A DNA stretch of 64,000 bases, from assembly GCA_012838235.1 (NCBI GenBank), contig DUPQ01000008.1:4523-68522 (forward strand), given 5' to 3'. Source of the DNA: Clostridiaceae bacterium. Lineage in GTDB: Bacteria > Bacillota > Clostridia > DUPQ01. Positions 1 through 9,584 of the stretch are shown here, piece by piece (positions within the stretch are counted from its first letter, which is position 1; each line of letters starts with the position of its first letter). The notes under the pieces are model-generated. The model was not told the origin of the DNA, made no database searches, and was given only the letters and a program-made list of their open reading frames with translations. The position numbers were made by a program, and so were the translations under genes.

Positions 1-1
1 G

Positions 2-1048
2 CTTTTCGGTGACGGAAGCAAGATGAGCAAATCCAAAGGTAATATCTTATATGCCGATGACCTTTCCGCTCTTTTCGGTGTAGATGAAGTCAGATATTAT
101 GTATTAAGTGAGATGAATTATGCCAATGACGGCATAATATCGCACAGACAGATAATTGAGAAGATTAATTCCGATTTAGCCAATGTTCTGGGAAATCTTG
201 TTAACAGAACCGTTACAATGCAACACAAATACTTTGAAGGCACTGTTAAAAAGCCCGCATCGCTGCTACCGGAAAACCAAGCGGACAGAGAACTTATCGA
301 GCTGACAGAGAAAACGCCTGATAAAGTTTGTGATTTGATGATGCGGTATAAGGTCAGTGAAGCCATTCATGAGATTATGACTTTGGCAAAGCGTTGCAAT
401 AAATATATTGATGAAACTCTGCCCTGGACACTTTTTAAAAACGAGGAAGACCACGAAAGACTGAAAAAGGTTATGTACAATCTTTTAGAAGGAATAAGGG
501 TGGTATCGGTTTTACTGTATCCTTTTATGCCTTCCACTTCGGATAAGATAATTTCACAGCTCAATACAAAGGAAACAACTTTTGCTTCAACCTATACTTT
601 CGGAAAGTTGGAAGACGGCATTAAACTTGGGAAACCCGAGATACTCTTCAACAGGATAGATACCGAAAAGAAACTGCAGGAAATTGAAAAGAGTGACAAA
701 CAAAAGGAGCAAGACCTGAATGTAGCATTAATAGGGATTGAGGATTTTGCAAAAATTGAACTTAAGACCGCTAAAATAGTAAGTTGTGAACCTGTAAAAG
801 GAGCCAAGAAGCTTTTGAAACTGCAGGTGGAAACAGACAATAAAACCCGTCAGATAGTATCGGGCATAGCCGAGTATTATACATGTGACGAGTTAATAGG
901 AAAAACCGTTGTGGTTATAACCAACTTGAAGCCGGCCGTGTTGCGGGGTGAGACAAGCGAAGGTATGCTGTTAGCCGCATCGGATAAAGACAGACTTTCT
1001 TTAGTCACTATAGATAGGGAAATGCCTACGGGTTCAAAGATATCTTAA
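2..1048 (+). CDS. metG: methionine--tRNA ligase, C-terminal part (5' end upstream of window)
   Basis: Frame is open from nt 2. First residues LFGDGSKMSKSKGN contain the class-I aaRS KMSKS loop. The C-terminal ~100 aa (IEDFAKIELKTAKIVSCEPVKGAKKLLKLQVE...GETSEGMLLAA) look like the EMAP/Trbp111-type tRNA-binding domain of long MetRS. Confidence 0.93.
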   Translation, partial: LFGDGSKMSKSKGNILYADDLSALFGVDEVRYYVLSEMNYANDGIISHRQIIEKINSDLANVLGNLVNRTVTMQHKYFEGTVKKPASLLPENQADRELIELTEKTPDKVCDLMMRYKVSEAIHEIMTLAKRCNKYIDETLPWTLFKNEEDHERLKKVMYNLLEGIRVVSVLLYPFMPSTSDKIISQLNTKETTFASTYTFGKLEDGIKLGKPEILFNRIDTEKKLQEIEKSDKQKEQDLNVALIGIEDFAKIELKTAKIVSCEPVKGAKKLLKLQVETDNKTRQIVSGIAEYYTCDELIGKTVVVITNLKPAVLRGETSEGMLLAASDKDRLSLVTIDREMPTGSKIS

Positions 1049-1086
1049 TATACTTGTATATATTTCGATTGTCGCTTAGCAGGAGT

Positions 1087-2052
1087 TTATGCCCAATACA
1101 TAGTGCCTTTGGGCTCAAAAATCATTGTCTCTTTTAAGAAGGAGATAGCTTTTTTCAGGCCTTCCTGCCCGCTCATTAAACTGTCTTCATGTTCAATGGA
1201 TATTACATGATCATATTCAGCCATTCTTAATTCCGCAAAAATATCATTCCATACCTGTCTGTCATGGCCGGTACCCACAGTGCGGAACAGCCAGGACCGC
1301 TGCGGTTCATCGCTGTAAGGTTTTGTATCCAAGACTCCGTTTACTTGGGAATTGGGGTAATATATTTTTGTATCTTTCGCATGGAAATGATAAATTGCTC
1401 CTTTTAATGCCCGGATTGCTTTGATGATATCGATGCCCTGCCAGAAAAGGTGTGAAGGATCGAAGTTTGCTCCTATTACCGGTCCTACGGCATCTCTAAG
1501 TTTCAGGCAGGTTTCGGGATTGTATACGCAGAAACCCGGATGCATTTCCAAAGCAATCTGATGCACATTATGTTTCTTTGCAAATTCCACCTGCTTGGTC
1601 CAGTACGGTATAAGTACAGTATTCCACTGATAATCCAGAATCTTTAAAAAGTCATCGGGCCAGGGACAGGTCACCCAGTTGGGATATTTTGCATTATCAT
1701 GGTCACCTGGACAACCGGAGAAGGTTACTACCGTATTCACTCCCAGTTTCTCCGCCAGGATTATTGTTTTTTCAAAATCCTCCTGATAGGCGGCAGCTAT
1801 TTTCTTATCGGGATGAACTGCATTACCGTGACAGCTTAAAGCACTTATCTCCATGTCATATTTTTCCGTCAATTTTTTAATCTTCTTTATTTCTTCCGGC
1901 TTGTTATAAATCTTTTTAGCATCAAGATGCGCCGTTCCCGGAAATCCTCCCGTGCCTAATTCAATCGCCTGAACACCAAGATCTTTTAAGTAAATTATTG
2001 CATTTTCCAAACTCATAGAGCTTAAAACAACGGTAAAAACACCTAATTTCAT
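1087..2052 (-). CDS. sugar phosphate isomerase/epimerase family protein (xylose-isomerase-like TIM barrel)
   Basis: 321-aa ORF with the spaced E/D/H/E-type strand-end motifs of this fold (AIELG, ALEMHPG, HFHAKD, ISIEHED). Substrate cannot be inferred. Confidence 0.75.
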   Translation of the reverse strand: MKLGVFTVVLSSMSLENAIIYLKDLGVQAIELGTGGFPGTAHLDAKKIYNKPEEIKKIKKLTEKYDMEISALSCHGNAVHPDKKIAAAYQEDFEKTIILAEKLGVNTVVTFSGCPGDHDNAKYPNWVTCPWPDDFLKILDYQWNTVLIPYWTKQVEFAKKHNVHQIALEMHPGFCVYNPETCLKLRDAVGPVIGANFDPSHLFWQGIDIIKAIRALKGAIYHFHAKDTKIYYPNSQVNGVLDTKPYSDEPQRSWLFRTVGTGHDRQVWNDIFAELRMAEYDHVISIEHEDSLMSGQEGLKKAISFLKETMIFEPKGTMYWA

Positions 2053-2191
2053 GCTATCAATTTGTATAACTCAGTCGTTACCTGCAATATCGGACTGCTT
2101 ATACTCCTCCTCCTTTGTTTTATAACTATATTATACATTTATTCCACTCCTTGTGTTATACTTTTGCTTGAGTATCGATTGGGAGACGGAT

Positions 2192-2797
2192 ATGGAGCAG
2201 CACAAAACAAAACTTATGACAACAAGAAACATGGCTAAAATGGGTATTTTAGGAGCGGTAGCGGGAGTGCTTATGCTTCTGGAAATCCCGTTGCCTTTTG
2301 CTCCTGCTTTCTATGAAATAGATTTGAGTGAGGTCGCGGTTTTTTTGGGAACTTTCGCAATGGGACCGGTGGCGGGAATAATCATAGAGGCGGTTAAGAT
2401 ATTGGTCAACCTTGTCATAACCGGTACAGCCACTGCCGGAGTGGGTGAATTTGCCAATTTCTTAATAGGGTGCTGTCTGGTGGTTCCGGCAGGTATTATA
2501 TATAAAAGGAAGAAGAATATAAAGAATGCCATTATAGGTATGCTGGTAGGTATCGTATCCATGACTGTGGCCGGAGCGTTGTTGAATTATTTTCTTCTTA
2601 TACCTACATATGCAAAAGCTTTCGGAATGCCGGTTGAGGCAATAGTTGAGATGGGAACAAAGATCAATCCTAACATAAACTCTCTTTGGGATCTTATCTT
2701 ATTGGCAAATGTGCCGTTTAATCTCTTAAAAGGGGTATTGAGCGGTTTTATAACTTTCCTTATCTATAAAAGGCTGTCGCCGATACTTCACAAATAG
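2192..2797 (+). CDS. ECF-transporter S component (RibU-like substrate-capture subunit)
   Basis: About 200 aa with roughly 6 hydrophobic helices. Resembles RibU-type S components (LLEIPLPF..., ...FNLLKG...). I chose ATG 2192 behind GGGAGA rather than the track start at 2153. No ECF A/T genes are adjacent. Confidence 0.6.
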   Translation: MEQHKTKLMTTRNMAKMGILGAVAGVLMLLEIPLPFAPAFYEIDLSEVAVFLGTFAMGPVAGIIIEAVKILVNLVITGTATAGVGEFANFLIGCCLVVPAGIIYKRKKNIKNAIIGMLVGIVSMTVAGALLNYFLLIPTYAKAFGMPVEAIVEMGTKINPNINSLWDLILLANVPFNLLKGVLSGFITFLIYKRLSPILHK

Positions 2798-2911
2798 CGA
2801 TTTTTATGCAAGATGTACAAAAAGAGCGATATTTATTTGTAGACATACCATCTTATATTCCTACCCGTAAAGTGATAAAATATACGAAGAAATGAATAGG
2901 AGGAATCATAT

Positions 2912-4036
2912 ATGGCAAAAGTTATATTAAAAAACGTATATAAAAAGTATGAGCCCAACCGTGGCGGCATAACAGCTGTTTCCGACTTCAATCTTGTTAT
3001 TGAAGACAGGGAGTTTTTAGTTCTGCTCGGACCGTCGGGATGCGGAAAAACAACAACACTCAGAATGATAGCGGGATTGGAAGATATCACCGCCGGTGAA
3101 ATTTATATCGGGGACAGAATAATCAACGAAGTACACCCCAAAGACAGAGATATAGCAATGGTTTTCCAGAACTATGCATTGTATCCTCACATGACCATTT
3201 TCGATAACATGGCATTCGGTCTTAAATTAAGAAAGATGCCTAAAAATGAAATTCGTCACAGAGTTCATGCAGCAGCAAAGATATTGGAAATCCAGCATCT
3301 GCTTGACAGAAAGCCCAAAGCTCTCTCCGGCGGACAGAGACAGAGGGTTGCATTAGGTCGTGCTATTGTTCGTGAACCTAAAGTCTTCCTTATGGACGAG
3401 CCGCTTTCCAACCTTGATGCTAAATTGAGAGCACAGATGCGTGTTGAGTTGACAAAACTTCATCAGAGACTTAAGACAACATTCATATATGTTACACATG
3501 ACCAGGTAGAAGCTATGACAATGGGTACCAGAATCGTTGTTATGAGAGCAGGATTTATTCAGCAGGTTGATCCTCCTCAGATTATGTATGATAACCCCGT
3601 TAACATGTATGTTGCAGGATTTATCGGAACACCTCAGATGAACTTCTTAAATGCAACCATTGAAGAAAAAGGCAAGGATGTATGGATAGACATAGGCGGA
3701 ACCAAGCTTAAATTCTCTGAAAAGAGAGCAAAGAGTATAATCGGTAAAGGATACGACGGAGTGGAAGTTATACTCGGAATCAGACCGGAGCATTTCCGTG
3801 ATGAGCAGGTATTCCTTGACCAGATGCCTGAAACCACAATAGAGGTTAAGATTGATGTTGTGGAAATGATGGGACCGGAAGCTCTGTTGTACTTCTCATT
3901 TGCAGACAGCAATATTATTGCAAGAGTAAGTCCTTCCACAAAGGCAAGACCGGGATCTACCATTAAGGTAGCTATAGATACGGTCAGAGTACACATATTT
4001 GACAAGAAGTCGGAAAAGACTATATTTGCAGAATAA
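2912..4036 (+). CDS. sugar ABC transporter ATP-binding protein, orphan MsmK/MsmX/UgpC type
   Basis: Walker [10 protein letters not shown], signature LSGGQRQR, Walker B FLMDEP, and a C-terminal MalK-like regulatory/TOBE region. AGGAGG RBS. No permease or binding-protein gene is nearby, as for shared multitask ATPases. Confidence 0.9.
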   Translation: MAKVILKNVYKKYEPNRGGITAVSDFNLVIEDREFLVLLGPSGCGKTTTLRMIAGLEDITAGEIYIGDRIINEVHPKDRDIAMVFQNYALYPHMTIFDNMAFGLKLRKMPKNEIRHRVHAAAKILEIQHLLDRKPKALSGGQRQRVALGRAIVREPKVFLMDEPLSNLDAKLRAQMRVELTKLHQRLKTTFIYVTHDQVEAMTMGTRIVVMRAGFIQQVDPPQIMYDNPVNMYVAGFIGTPQMNFLNATIEEKGKDVWIDIGGTKLKFSEKRAKSIIGKGYDGVEVILGIRPEHFRDEQVFLDQMPETTIEVKIDVVEMMGPEALLYFSFADSNIIARVSPSTKARPGSTIKVAIDTVRVHIFDKKSEKTIFAE

Positions 4037-4155
4037 ATAATATAACCATAATTTCGCAGAAAACTCCCGCCAATCAGGTGGGAGTTTCTCATTAGAATAA
4101 AAGCAAAAGATAACTGTAAATCGGCAAACTAATACAAGAATATTTAAAAACTGTA

Positions 4156-4184
4156 TTGTAATTGTTCCGATTATGCATTATACT
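4156..4184 (+). promoter_or_regulatory. sigma-A-like promoter for the Fic operon (TTGTAA-17 nt-TATACT)
   Basis: -35 TTGTAA at 4156-4161, 17-nt spacer, -10 TATACT at 4179-4184, about 40 nt upstream of the GTG start at 4225. Confidence 0.45.
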
Positions 4185-4224
4185 TTGTTTATATTTAATA
4201 TTCCGGAATCAGGAGGTATGAGAG

Positions 4225-5148
4225 GTGGAATATTTAACGGTTACACAAGCAGCTGAAAAATGGAATGTTTCCACTCGTCGTGTTCGCCTGCTTTGTGCCA
4301 ACGGAGAAATCGAAGGAGTTATCCGTAAAGGCAACTTATATATGATACCTTGCGATACTGAAAAGCCGTTGGATAAGCGGAAATTACCTCACAAAAGAAA
4401 GCATGGCAAATTTGCAAGTTTACTGACATCAATAGATATTAAAAAAGTAAAACTCGATAGTATGCGCCCTCTTACCGCGGGAGAAATAAAGCGTTTACGC
4501 AACGACTTTATGGTGAACTTCACGTATAATTCAAACGCCATTGAGGGTAACACCCTGACACTCAAAGAAACCGCTATGGTACTTGAGGGTATGACAATAG
4601 ATAAAAAACCGTTAAAAGACCATCTTGAAGCGGTCGGTCATCGTGATGCATTTCAATATATCGAAGATATTGCGCAAAACAAAGTGCGTCTTAAGGATAC
4701 GGAAATAAGAGCCATTCATTCTTTAGTGCTGATGGACAGACCGGATGATAAAGGTGTCTACCGCCGTATTCCCGTTACAATTACAGGTGCATATGCCGTC
4801 CCTGTGCAGCCATATCTTATAGAACCGAAAATGACGGACTTACTTACAAGAAATGAGGAAAGAAAAAAGACTATGCACCCGATTGAACGCATTGCCCGTT
4901 TTCATCTTGAATTTGAGGGTATACACCCGTTTATTGACGGTAACGGCAGAACCGGTCGGTTAATCTTAAATCTTGAACTTATCCGCAACGGTTATCCCGC
5001 TATCAATGTTAAGTTTACGGATCGCAAGCGGTATTATGATGCTTTCGATGCATTTTATCGTGACAGAAAAGCCGATGATATGGTTTTACTTATTGCGGAA
5101 TATGTAGGGGAGCAACTGGACAGATATTTGGAGATTGTGAAATTTTGA
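4225..5148 (+). CDS. Fic family adenylyltransferase with N-terminal HTH
   Basis: GTG start behind AGGAGG. N-terminal HTH-like TVTQAAEKWNVSTRRVRLLCANGEIEG. Inhibitory-type S-x-x-x-E-G element (YNSNAIEGNT). Canonical Fic loop HPFIDGNGRTGR. Confidence 0.9.
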   Translation: MEYLTVTQAAEKWNVSTRRVRLLCANGEIEGVIRKGNLYMIPCDTEKPLDKRKLPHKRKHGKFASLLTSIDIKKVKLDSMRPLTAGEIKRLRNDFMVNFTYNSNAIEGNTLTLKETAMVLEGMTIDKKPLKDHLEAVGHRDAFQYIEDIAQNKVRLKDTEIRAIHSLVLMDRPDDKGVYRRIPVTITGAYAVPVQPYLIEPKMTDLLTRNEERKKTMHPIERIARFHLEFEGIHPFIDGNGRTGRLILNLELIRNGYPAINVKFTDRKRYYDAFDAFYRDRKADDMVLLIAEYVGEQLDRYLEIVKF

Positions 5149-5162
5149 AAAGGAGATATGAC

Positions 5163-6266
5163 ATGAATACTACTAATTTGGATAAGGTTGTACAGGCCTA
5201 TATTGACAACTTTGACTATGTAAATGGTGATGAGCATCAAGAATACTATAAATGGGAAGCATTTAAACACTTTAAAGATAATTGGGATATTGATGCAGAG
5301 AATTTTGTAGAAATGTTTAAGGAGTCGGTGAAACTGACATACAATTTGATAGATAATAAGGCAGTGAGCCCGACCAACGGTATTGTGAAGCTTGCCGAGC
5401 GATCTGAGCTTACGGAAGTTATAAGGGAAATGTTTAGAATGCTGTTTATTGCTGATGACGGCAATATTGTACAACGTCAGAAACGGATTGAAGATTTCAG
5501 AGATAGGGTAAATGACTTACTTGATAAATACGAGCCCGGCAAATGGAGGTACCAGCATGATTTTCGAACAGTATTGTCCTACCTTAATATGCGTTATCCT
5601 AAAGAGAATTACCTCTTTAAGGCAACAGAAGCTAAGGAGTTTATGTACTGTATCGAATATCCTGATGATTTCGGAAGTGGAAAAAGTTTTAATTTATCCC
5701 GTTATTATCGTATGTGCGATGCACTTCTTGAGAAGATAAAAGATACACCTGAACTTATGCAAGCTCACAAGAACCGACTGACGGATACAATGTTGTCTGA
5801 CGATGATTATCACATTATGGTTTTTGATATCATTTATTGTGTCACAGTATACAAACTGTACGCAGACATTGCTATCAAAAAACCTGTTAAAAAGTCATCG
5901 GTAAAGCAACAACGAAATGCAAAAGCGGAAGAGTTAAACCTTGAACTTGATTCGGTTAATGCCGAGTTAGATACTGCACTTATTGAAAGAAGTAAGATTG
6001 ATGATATTGATGTTGTGGGTTGGAAAATCCGGCATAAGGTTTTTGGGCCAGGAACAGTCATATCGCAAGATGAGGATAGAATAATAGTTAAATTTGCAAA
6101 AGGTGAGAAGAAATTTGAATTACCAGGGGCATTTTCCGATGGCTATTTAATTTGTGAAGATCAGGATATTATTGAAATATTTAGTGAAATAGATAGATTG
6201 GATAAAAAAATATCTTCCTTGCGTAGCTCAATAAATAGAATAACTTCCACTTTAAGCAGATTGTGA
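5163..6266 (+). CDS. hypothetical protein: McrB-N-terminal-like module + coiled coil + PcrA/UvrD-Tudor-like C-terminal domain
   Basis: ATG 5163 lies 6 nt after AAAGGAGA and 14 nt after the Fic stop. N-terminus contains YYKWEAFKHFKDNWDIDAENF. K/E/Q-rich helical region (KKSSVKQQRNAKAEELNLELDSVNAELDTALIERSK). C-terminus is WKIRHKVFGPGTVISQDEDRIIVKFAKGEKKFELPG. No Walker motifs. Confidence 0.7.
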   Translation: MNTTNLDKVVQAYIDNFDYVNGDEHQEYYKWEAFKHFKDNWDIDAENFVEMFKESVKLTYNLIDNKAVSPTNGIVKLAERSELTEVIREMFRMLFIADDGNIVQRQKRIEDFRDRVNDLLDKYEPGKWRYQHDFRTVLSYLNMRYPKENYLFKATEAKEFMYCIEYPDDFGSGKSFNLSRYYRMCDALLEKIKDTPELMQAHKNRLTDTMLSDDDYHIMVFDIIYCVTVYKLYADIAIKKPVKKSSVKQQRNAKAEELNLELDSVNAELDTALIERSKIDDIDVVGWKIRHKVFGPGTVISQDEDRIIVKFAKGEKKFELPGAFSDGYLICEDQDIIEIFSEIDRLDKKISSLRSSINRITSTLSRL

Positions 6267-6333
6267 AAAGCAGCTCATGTTGTTTAATAGTCGATGATAG
6301 TATAAAATTATTGTGTTAAATACGGAGAAGAAA

Positions 6334-6828
6334 ATGGCATTAAGGACAATACGTAAGGAAGGCGACGAAATATTAAGAAAAAAGTCCAGGGAAGTCACAT
6401 CTTTTGATGACAGATTGCATACTTTAATTGATGATATGTATGAAACAATGGTAGCTGCACCGGGATTGGGACTGGCTGCGGTACAGGTGGGAGTACTCAG
6501 AAGGGTTGCCGTTATTGAAATAGATGATAAGAAGTATGAGTTGATAAACCCCGTCATAATCCAATCTGAAGGCGAAGATATCGATGTGGAAGGATGCTTA
6601 AGTCTGCCGGATTATTACGGAACGGTCAAAAGACCTATGAAGATAAAGGTACGCTATCTTGACAGGTACGGAAAAGAGCAATATGCCGAAGCCGAGGGAT
6701 ATGCAGCTCATTGCTTCTGTCATGAATTGGACCATATGGACGGTATTTTATTCAGAGATAAAGTTATTGAGGAAATTGATCCTGCGGATTTGGAAGAAAG
6801 AGAAAAGCAGAGTGAAGAAGATAAATAA
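6334..6828 (+). CDS. def: peptide deformylase
   Basis: Motifs GLAAVQVG, EGCLSLP and HELDH. ATG 6334 behind GGAGAAG; the track start 6313 is an upstream extension. Confidence 0.95.
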   Translation: MALRTIRKEGDEILRKKSREVTSFDDRLHTLIDDMYETMVAAPGLGLAAVQVGVLRRVAVIEIDDKKYELINPVIIQSEGEDIDVEGCLSLPDYYGTVKRPMKIKVRYLDRYGKEQYAEAEGYAAHCFCHELDHMDGILFRDKVIEEIDPADLEEREKQSEEDK

Positions 6829-7762
6829 TATCATTTTTATGGGTACTCCGGATTTTGCATTGCCTTGTCTTATTGCATTGATTGAAAACGGATATACCGT
6901 TAATGCCGTTATAACACAGCCTGACAGACCCAAAGGCAGGCATAATGTTGTGGAGTATTCGAATATAAAGAAGAAGGCGATAGAGTATGACATACCTGTT
7001 CTGCAACCGGAAAAAATACGCAAGAAAGAATGGGTGGAAACCATTTCAAAGATAGGTTGCGATTTAGCGGTGACCTGTGCATTCGGACAGATTCTTCCGC
7101 AAAGTATCTTAGATATACCAAAATACGGCACCATTAATGTTCATGCATCGCTGCTTCCCAAATACAGAGGTGCCTCCCCCATGCAAAGAGCGATAATAGA
7201 AGGGGAGAAGGTAACCGGTGTGACAACAATGCTGACCGATATAGGAATGGATACCGGAGATATGCTGTTGAAAATGGAGACCGACATAACAGAGGAAGAT
7301 GATATATGTTCTTTACATGACAGACTTTCTTTGATGGGAGCAAAACTCCTTATAGACACCGTAAAACTGTATGAGCAGGATAAGATAACGCCTGTTAAGC
7401 AGGATAACGATAAAGCCACATATGCTCCCATGATAAAAAAAGAAGAGGGCAGATTGGACTTTAACCTTGACTCATACAGACTGTTTAATCTTGTAAGAGC
7501 ATTTAATCCGTGGCCGGGAACATTTACAACTTACTGCGGAAAAACACTGAAAGTGTTAAAGGCGGATTATTCTTTGGAAGACTATAATAAAGATGTTGAC
7601 AACGGTACTGTTATATCCATAGATAAAGAGAGAATGGCTGTTAAATGCAAAAAGGGCATATTGTATATAACAGAGTTACAGTTTGAGAATAAAAAGGCAA
7701 TGCATATATCAAAATGCGGTCATAATATGCCGTGTGATATGGTTTTGGGTTGTGACGAATAA
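6812..7762 (+). CDS. fmt: methionyl-tRNA formyltransferase
   Basis: N-terminus (V/M)KKINNIIFMGTPDFA, motif HASLLPKYRGASPMQ, and a C-terminal tRNA-binding domain. The start is GTG 6812 (overlapping the def end) or ATG 6839. The track start 6659 lies inside def and is an artefact. Confidence 0.92.
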   Translation: MKKINNIIFMGTPDFALPCLIALIENGYTVNAVITQPDRPKGRHNVVEYSNIKKKAIEYDIPVLQPEKIRKKEWVETISKIGCDLAVTCAFGQILPQSILDIPKYGTINVHASLLPKYRGASPMQRAIIEGEKVTGVTTMLTDIGMDTGDMLLKMETDITEEDDICSLHDRLSLMGAKLLIDTVKLYEQDKITPVKQDNDKATYAPMIKKEEGRLDFNLDSYRLFNLVRAFNPWPGTFTTYCGKTLKVLKADYSLEDYNKDVDNGTVISIDKERMAVKCKKGILYITELQFENKKAMHISKCGHNMPCDMVLGCDE

Positions 7763-7809
7763 TGATGAGTGCATTGATTTTCTTTTGATAAAAATATATA
7801 ATTTTCGAC

Positions 7810-8841
7810 ATGAGCGCTCCTTCTATTCATATACTTTCCTATACACACAACGAACTTAAAGACCTTTTTCAGGAATACGGTTTGAAAAGGTACAGGGCTT
7901 TGCAGGTTTTAGACTGGATATATAACAAGAAGGTATTTGATTATTCCTTAATGACCAATATAAGTAAGGAAGATATTGAGATTTTGCAGGCAAACTTTTC
8001 TTTGGAGTTACCTGTAATAGAAAAGAAGCTTGTGTCGGTAGACGGTACCGTTAAATATCTTTTTCGTTATTCCGATAATGCAACGGTGGAAAGTGTGCTG
8101 ATGGACTATGATTACGGAACCTCCATCTGCATTTCCAGTCAATCGGGATGCAAGATGGGCTGTGTATTCTGTGCCTCATCAACAGTACCTTTCAGCCGGG
8201 ATTTGTGGGGTTATGAGATGACCGCTCAGATTCTTAAAGCGGCACAGGACAGCAACAAGACCATATCCAGAGCGGTGGTAATGGGTATAGGGGAGCCGTT
8301 TGATAACTATGATAATCTTGTAAATTTTCTCAATGTTATTAACATGAAAGAAGGGTTTAACATGGGAGGAAGACGCATAACCGTTTCCACCTGCGGAATA
8401 GTACCCAAGATATATGAGTTCGCCGATTTGTGTCTTCAGGTCAATCTGTCGGTATCGCTGCATGAAGTTACCGATGACAGGCGCTCGGCAATAATGCCGA
8501 TAAATAAAAAATACAACATCTCTTCCCTTATAAAAGCATGTGAATACTATTTCGAGAAGACCAACAGGAGAGTTTCTTTTGAATATGCTCTGATCCCGGG
8601 GTCTAATGACTCCTTAGAGCATGCGCGACGCTTGAGTGCTTTATTGAAAAATGTAATGTGTTATGTAAATGTAATTCCGGTAAATCCTGTTGAAAATATG
8701 AAAACAGTTCAAAACAGCAAAAATCTTTCGCCTTTTTGTGCTATACTGAAAGCACATGGCGTGCCCGTCACCATCAGAAGAGAACTGGGCAGAGACATTG
8801 AAGCCGCATGCGGGCAGTTAAGGAGACAGCATGATATTTAA
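7810..8841 (+). CDS. rlmN: 23S rRNA/tRNA A2503/A37 C2-methyltransferase, radical SAM
   Basis: CxxxCxxC cluster motif CKMGCVFCAS, C-terminal ...EAACGQL, and conserved position between fmt and stp. Confidence 0.92.
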   Translation: MSAPSIHILSYTHNELKDLFQEYGLKRYRALQVLDWIYNKKVFDYSLMTNISKEDIEILQANFSLELPVIEKKLVSVDGTVKYLFRYSDNATVESVLMDYDYGTSICISSQSGCKMGCVFCASSTVPFSRDLWGYEMTAQILKAAQDSNKTISRAVVMGIGEPFDNYDNLVNFLNVINMKEGFNMGGRRITVSTCGIVPKIYEFADLCLQVNLSVSLHEVTDDRRSAIMPINKKYNISSLIKACEYYFEKTNRRVSFEYALIPGSNDSLEHARRLSALLKNVMCYVNVIPVNPVENMKTVQNSKNLSPFCAILKAHGVPVTIRRELGRDIEAACGQLRRQHDI

Positions 8842-9583
8842 TTACGCTTCGTATACCGATATCGGGCAGGTAAGAGGAAATAATGAAGATTATCATATCG
8901 TCATTCCCTTTGATGAGCATAACGAATTTGCTGCTGCCGTTGCCGACGGTATGGGCGGTCATCTTTTCGGTGAGATAGCCAGTAAAACAGCAATAGACTG
9001 TTTTGAGAAGAAAATAAGGGACAGACGCTTCAAGAACTGCAACAATATAGAGGATTATCTCTTTAATATATGTAAAACGGCTAACAAAGAGATACTGGAC
9101 TTCAGTAAAAAGCACAATGTCTTTTCCGGAATGGGTACCACCTTGGATGCCATTTACATAAAAGATGATAAACTTCATGTTATACATATAGGCGATTCAA
9201 GGATATATACCGTGTATAACAATGAAATAAAGATGATAACAAAAGACCATTCGTATGTTCAGCAACTTATTGATAAAGGCGATATAACCGTTGATGAATC
9301 CCATAACCATCCCAACAGAAATATTATTACCAAAGCACTGGGCATATCCGATGTGCCGGAACCGGATATCTATGATATGACATTGGATTGCTGTGAATAT
9401 ATACTGCTTTGCACGGACGGTCTTACCAACATGCTTGACGATACGGATATTTTGAATATAATTAATCAGGAAACCGATTTGGAAGAAAAAGTCAAGGATC
9501 TTGCGCAAAAAGCCAATGAAAAAGGCGGAACCGACAATATCACCATAATTCTTATCAAAGCGGACAATAATCCGGAGGAATAA
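8831..9583 (+). CDS. prpC: PP2C-family Ser/Thr protein phosphatase (Stp/PrpC)
   Basis: Motifs RGNNED, ADGMGGH, IGDSR, CTDGL and GGTDNIT. Overlaps the rlmN end by 11 nt and precedes prkC. Confidence 0.92.
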   Translation: MIFNYASYTDIGQVRGNNEDYHIVIPFDEHNEFAAAVADGMGGHLFGEIASKTAIDCFEKKIRDRRFKNCNNIEDYLFNICKTANKEILDFSKKHNVFSGMGTTLDAIYIKDDKLHVIHIGDSRIYTVYNNEIKMITKDHSYVQQLIDKGDITVDESHNHPNRNIITKALGISDVPEPDIYDMTLDCCEYILLCTDGLTNMLDDTDILNIINQETDLEEKVKDLAQKANEKGGTDNITIILIKADNNPEE

Positions 9584-9584
9584 A

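Noticed and set aside
2053-2191. FMN or other vitamin riboswitch upstream of the RibU-like ECF S-component gene
   Set aside because: The ~140-nt region is AT-rich, doubles as a divergent promoter region and shows none of the conserved FMN-element segments. It is also too short for an aptamer plus expression platform.
6659-6811. Track-predicted long N-terminal extensions (fmt from 6659; likewise 18516, 23309, 46628, 57713, 59549, 62394, 2153)
   Set aside because: Each extension overlaps the preceding gene, a promoter or a tRNA and lacks an RBS. Internal starts with good Shine-Dalgarno spacing reproduce the canonical family N-termini.
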